DNA of 59,649 nucleotides from a virus (Duplodnaviria; Caudoviricetes): IMG/VR virus record IMGVR_UViG_3300037089_000087, positions 1 to 59,649 of that record; one strand, 5' to 3'. Shown piece by piece: positions 56,294 to 59,649 of this stretch (position 1 is its first letter; each line of letters starts with the position of its first letter). The notes under the pieces were generated by a model. It saw only the letters and a program-made list of their open reading frames with translations, ran no database searches and was not told where the DNA came from. The position numbers and the translations under genes were made by a program.

Positions 56294-56302
56294 ACCCTCG
56301 TA
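56294..56302 (-). CDS. Major capsid protein, 9-nt micro-exon 2 (TACGAGGGT = Tyr-Glu-Gly)
   Basis: Restores NSD-YEG-KIKQKGDTV, matching the N(T/S)DYEGEI..GDTV capsid motif. Confidence 0.88.
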
Positions 56303-56561
56303 CAGGGTTTTGTTATCGCTAAGGCTCTTTATCCTTGGCTTCTTACGGTTTCTTTTCCCGTAAGCTCAGACTATATCATCTCACATATTTGTGAGCCGGA
56401 CGCTCGTGTTCGGATTATTGGTTGGATGTCCTCACCGATTAGTCGTTGAACCCGCTCAGGTACTTCTTGAATTATCCTTCCCTGAGATTGGCTGCTGATA
56501 GGCATTTCAGCTTCCCAGCAATTCATCCGGTATTTATACTCGGACTACGATTTTAGGTCAA
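56303..56561 (-). mobile_element. Group I intron 1 (259 nt, ORF-less)
   Basis: P1 ACTCGGAT/GTCCGAGT with U-G at the splice site; P10 TCGTA/TACGA; P AATTGCTGGGAA, Q TATCAGCAG, R GTTCAACGACTA, S GATATAGTC; terminal G at 56303. Confidence 0.92.
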
Positions 56562-56822
56562 ATCCGAGTTACTACAAAACGGAGCAGCGGACGCATCATA
56601 AAATTTCTCAACGACCTTATCGGCATATAGGAACGGAATTTCTCCGGAGCCTGTATCCGTGGTCAGGTCAGGTGAACCTGGGGCTGCTGGTACGGCACCC
56701 TTCTGGTTGCTCAGAATGGCGATGACCGGAAGCATCCAGCCAGCCAAAAGACATGCTGAAAGCATGACCCACAGGCCGATGAAACCCTTAATTCTTGCGA
56801 AGAAATCGAAAATACTTTTCAT
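56562..56822 (-). CDS. Major capsid protein, exon 1 (with hydrophobic leader)
   Basis: AGGAG RBS; IPFLYADKVVEKFYDAS..CSNSD is a typical capsid N-terminus. Confidence 0.85.
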
Positions 56823-56826
56823 TGTT

Positions 56827-58035
56827 TTACTCCTGCGAAGCCACTATCCTCCCTTCCATTTTTGCAGTCCTAAACTCCTCGCTCCAGTAATCCCTTTCAT
56901 CCGTGATTTTCTTTGCTTCTTCTGGAGTGTGGTGGATAGTTCTGTAATCACCACGGGTTACTTTGCGCTTGAAGTCTTCGTACTGTTGTTCGGTATAGAT
57001 GGGCTTCTTATTAGATTTTAAATCACTGCTTCCCCCCTTGGGGTTCGGCATGAGTTGACTTGTTGGCGTTGATGGTTTTGAGACAGGTGGTTGGTCTTTC
57101 CAATCAAGGAATGCCGTATACACCTCTGCCATCGTTACCGCGTTGAATGAATCATCAGCTTCCCGTGCCAGTTCGTGAATGGGTTTTTGGCTGTTCTTGT
57201 CAAATAACGACAGGAATTCTTTAAATTGCTTATCCTTTACAATGGATTCACGAACTTCCCAGCCACCGATTAACCTATCTAGGGTTTCCAAATAGGTGCG
57301 TTTTACCGGAGACATTCGTTCGACAGGCTCTTCTGTGGTTTCTTTTGAGGGCTTTTCGGCAGGTGCCTTAACCACTGGTAATTCTTGAGGTTTTGGCACT
57401 CCAGCGAGGATGACATTTTTAAGTGCAATGAACGAATCATTCTCAATACCTAAATCTTTGGCTACGTTCTTTTCATCCTCGGTAAGCTCTTTTGATACGG
57501 CCTGAACGGTTTTTTTCTTTAATTCCTCATTCTCTGATGTGAGCCGTTCATGCTCTGCTTTTGCCTTGTCTTGCTCCGTTTGTAAATCGGCGTTCTCTTT
57601 CACCAAACGAGCATTTTCTTTCATTAAATGAGGCACTTCGGCGTTGTATTTACCCTGAAGTATTTTAAGTGCCGCGCTCATACGCGTCAACGCATCATCA
57701 GATGTCTCACCTTCTTTTTTCCCTACTACTTTAGGAGCAGGAGGTGCTGTTGGCACGATGCCTTCTTTTGGCTTTTCTTCTGGTGCCGGAGAGGGCGTTG
57801 GTGTAATTGCTGGTGCTGGCGGTGGAGTCGGTGTGACTGGCTCCGGAGGTGCTGGTGATTCTATTGGTTGAGGAGCTGGAGTTTCTGGGGCGGGAGCCAC
57901 AGGAGCCACTGGCGCGGGAGCGACAGGCGGTGTTCCTTCTGGTGGTATTCCTTTTTCCTTGTTTTCTCTTGCCTCCCTCTTGTCTTTCAGTTGACGTGGT
58001 AACGGTGATGCTGGTGTGCGGATTTCTCCTACCAT
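56827..58035 (-). CDS. Capsid scaffolding protein
   Basis: Pro-rich N-terminus, coiled coil, LQGKYNAEVP motif, C-terminal AKMEGRI; directly upstream of the capsid gene; GAAAGGA RBS at ATG 58035. Confidence 0.8.
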   Translation of the reverse strand: MVGEIRTPASPLPRQLKDKREARENKEKGIPPEGTPPVAPAPVAPVAPAPETPAPQPIESPAPPEPVTPTPPPAPAITPTPSPAPEEKPKEGIVPTAPPAPKVVGKKEGETSDDALTRMSAALKILQGKYNAEVPHLMKENARLVKENADLQTEQDKAKAEHERLTSENEELKKKTVQAVSKELTEDEKNVAKDLGIENDSFIALKNVILAGVPKPQELPVVKAPAEKPSKETTEEPVERMSPVKRTYLETLDRLIGGWEVRESIVKDKQFKEFLSLFDKNSQKPIHELAREADDSFNAVTMAEVYTAFLDWKDQPPVSKPSTPTSQLMPNPKGGSSDLKSNKKPIYTEQQYEDFKRKVTRGDYRTIHHTPEEAKKITDERDYWSEEFRTAKMEGRIVASQE

Positions 58036-58163
58036 GACTGTCCTTTCCGAGAGCTTGGTTACCCAAGTATTCTCTAATGACGAGAAGCCGTATGAGCGGT
58101 ATTTCCCGTTGGTGACCGAACCAGCCAAGCCCAGTTGTATGGGTGTTTGGTCTGGAAAATTAC

Positions 58164-58217
58164 AAAAAAAAGCCGAATTCAACGTAATCCGCGTGAGCGG
58201 AGCGTTCAAATCGGCTT
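58164..58217 (-). terminator. Terminator-like hairpin in the late-operon leader
   Basis: AAGCCGA...CCGC-TCAC-GCGG...TCGGCTT running into a T tract (8 T in total). Confidence 0.55.
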
Positions 58218-58261
58218 GTTTGTGCAAGGTGCGATTAGACTATTAAATTTTCATACTCATT

Positions 58262-58291
58262 ATTATACCACATTGTGAAAACAAAAAGCAA
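58262..58291 (-). promoter_or_regulatory. Candidate late promoter for scaffold/capsid genes
   Basis: TTGCTT-18 nt-TATAAT with TG extended -10. Confidence 0.6.
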
Positions 58292-58407
58292 GCTAAATCG
58301 ACATAATAATGAATTATTTTTATGAGCTGTATTTTCCTTGCTACGGCAAATCTCTTACCCTCTGGGAGAAGTTTATAGTGATTTTTTATGAGACGTTTAT
58401 TAATGCT

Positions 58408-58902
58408 CTATGAGTCGGGAAAGTTTAAGAATGCGAATTCACCAAAAAGCTCACGGGCTTTGGCATCGTAAGCACGGGCGGCATCAGTTTCGTCTTTATA
58501 ATACCCTATGTAAATTGACTTGTAATTTACAACAATTCTAGCAGACCATGCATTGCGATTCCTAAGAAAACATATACCCTTGTAACGAGATGTATTGTGC
58601 TCTGTCTTGTGAAATTTCGAGTTATGGCTATTCTGTTGATTTGTACATCTTCTTAAATTACTTTTTTGATTGTCAAGGCCATTTCTATTTCTATGGTCTA
58701 CTCGCTCTCCATCTTGAAGGTTCATGATAAACCGATGCATAAGTGCCGTCTTGAAAACACCATCAATCTTCATGCTTGACCTAGCATATAGAGTATGGTC
58801 TGTTTTCTTATTATGGGCATACCACCTATATTGAGATACCCTCTCATAGTCTTCGTCATCTATAAGTGCTATTTCACCATGTAAAAGTTTCACCTCTCGC
58901 AT
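58408..58902 (-). CDS. HNH-AP2 homing endonuclease
   Basis: ALIDDEDY, MHRFIM..VDHRNRNGLDNQKSNLR, SRYKGI..AARAYD..FGEFA. Confidence 0.92.
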   Translation of the reverse strand: MREVKLLHGEIALIDDEDYERVSQYRWYAHNKKTDHTLYARSSMKIDGVFKTALMHRFIMNLQDGERVDHRNRNGLDNQKSNLRRCTNQQNSHNSKFHKTEHNTSRYKGICFLRNRNAWSARIVVNYKSIYIGYYKDETDAARAYDAKARELFGEFAFLNFPDS

Positions 58903-58909
58903 GAGATAG

Positions 58910-58938
58910 ATATTAAACCCATTTAACTGCCATGTCAA
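58910..58938 (-). promoter_or_regulatory. Sigma70-type promoter (leaderless) for HNH-AP2
   Basis: TTGACA-17 nt-TAATAT, 7 nt to ATG 58902. Confidence 0.65.
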
Positions 58939-58947
58939 ATGAAATCG

Positions 58948-59649
58948 TTATGGTAAATCTCTTACCCTCTGGGAGAAGTTAATAACAAATTCGAGTGCGG
59001 TCTGTGGGTTGACAGTCCCCAGTGCGTCATCGAAGGCACACAACTCACCATAATATAACCCCTCAACTGAAGTTTGAGCGATTGTCGGGGTATATGTAAC
59101 CTCTGTTGAAGTTACATTGTTGCACACGGCATCTATTATTGCCGCTGAATCAGGGTCGGTTTTATTTCTTTTAATACAGAGCCATACATACTTACTCGAA
59201 ATATCCCAGCTTGACGGCAGATAGAAATTAAGAGGCTTGGTATCACCAGAGACAAAATCTACCGGAGAACCCTCTGAAATGGAAATATTCTGTACTGATA
59301 TGAATGGGAACATGGTATTCGAGCCTCCAAGTGTTTGAATAGACTGAACAATTTCCTCTACTGGAATGTCCAAAATTACAAAGCTGTTTTGGAAAACGTA
59401 GCATTCGCCAGTTCCTATGTTGACTCCTGATTGCGGGTCGAAGATAGGGTATGAATATTCCCCGTCATTCAGCGTCAACGCCGACATGTCGTAAGCGTAT
59501 CGGCCAGTAATGATAGGGTCTTCTATCATGACTGGATATGAGGCCGGAGAAGCTTCAAAAATCCCACTCGCATTCAAAATCAGGTTGTCAAGAGAACGCC
59601 TGAATTTCAAGATAGGATGAAGTCCTGTTACTGACCAATCGAGAATGAT
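58948..59649 (-). CDS. Virion-associated protein, 5' partial (C-terminal BppU-N-like domain)
   Basis: Frame open to the window edge; SGDTKPLNF..VTYTPTIAQT..GLYYGEL pattern. Confidence 0.5.
   Translation of the reverse strand: MILDWSVTGLHPILKFRRSLDNLILNASGIFEASPASYPVMIEDPIITGRYAYDMSALTLNDGEYSYPIFDPQSGVNIGTGECYVFQNSFVILDIPVEEIVQSIQTLGGSNTMFPFISVQNISISEGSPVDFVSGDTKPLNFYLPSSWDISSKYVWLCIKRNKTDPDSAAIIDAVCNNVTSTEVTYTPTIAQTSVEGLYYGELCAFDDALGTVNPQTALEFVINFSQRVRDLP

Larger units (their letters stand above)
233..57547. repeat. Dispersed highly iterated octamer ACGGCTCA/TGAGCCGT
   Basis: About 69 exact copies by manual scan (e.g. 233, 1152, 1880, 3901, 10221, 18209, 24296, 35131, 35155, 36401, 54593, 57540) plus about 11 7-mer core matches. 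Confidence 0.9.
58348..58980. repeat. 26-bp direct repeat flanking the HNH-AP2 gene
   Basis: AAATCTCTTACCCTCTGGGAGAAGTT at 58348-58373 and 58955-58980. Confidence 0.9.

Noticed and set aside
233-57547. Octamer repeats as a CRISPR array or protein repeat
   Set aside because: Only 8 bp, irregular spacing, both strands, multiple frames and intergenic copies; no cas genes recognised.
58036-58227. N-terminal extension of the scaffold ORF from TTG 58227
   Set aside because: The region is a structured leader with a terminator-like hairpin; the better RBS is at ATG 58035.
1-59649. Alternative genetic code, tRNA genes, integrase or att site
   Set aside because: Long ORFs read normally and TAA, TAG and TGA are all used as stops; no cloverleaf or recombinase recognised (a tRNAscan run would confirm).

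Overview
This window is most of a tailed (podovirus-like) dsDNA phage genome. The spanin pair implies a diderm host. A divergent promoter pair at ~2.4-2.6 kb separates a short leftward arm (HTH regulator, three membrane micro-proteins, dNMP kinase, nucleoside deoxyribosyltransferase-like protein, TnpB/IS605 remnant, NinG/HNH-like gene) from a rightward early arm (sigma70 region-4-only protein, two secreted proteins, YopX, RecE-like exonuclease, radical SAM, SMC-like ATPase, RecT, SSB, HNH endonucleases, intein-containing metallophosphoesterase). From 20.8 kb onward nearly all genes are on the minus strand: scaffold, major capsid, decoration, adaptor, tail and PKD/NHL proteins, ejection proteins including a 4013-aa polyvalent protein, an ATP-grasp/HExxE/GNAT-C39 cluster and lysis genes. 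Main signals: (1) the non-palindromic octamer ACGGCTCA/TGAGCCGT occurs about 70 times (manual count; about 1 expected), in both orientations, in several reading frames and in intergenic DNA; (2) the major capsid gene is split by two tandem group I introns separated by a 9-nt micro-exon, and the second intron carries an antisense HNH gene with its own promoter; (3) five sigma70-type promoters appear to give leaderless mRNAs; (4) there is a nested out-of-frame gene, shared Q-x-G/A leader peptides on capsid proteins and several structured non-coding regions. No terminase, portal, integrase, DNA polymerase, tRNA or CRISPR array was recognised. All family calls come from motif recognition by eye, not database searches.
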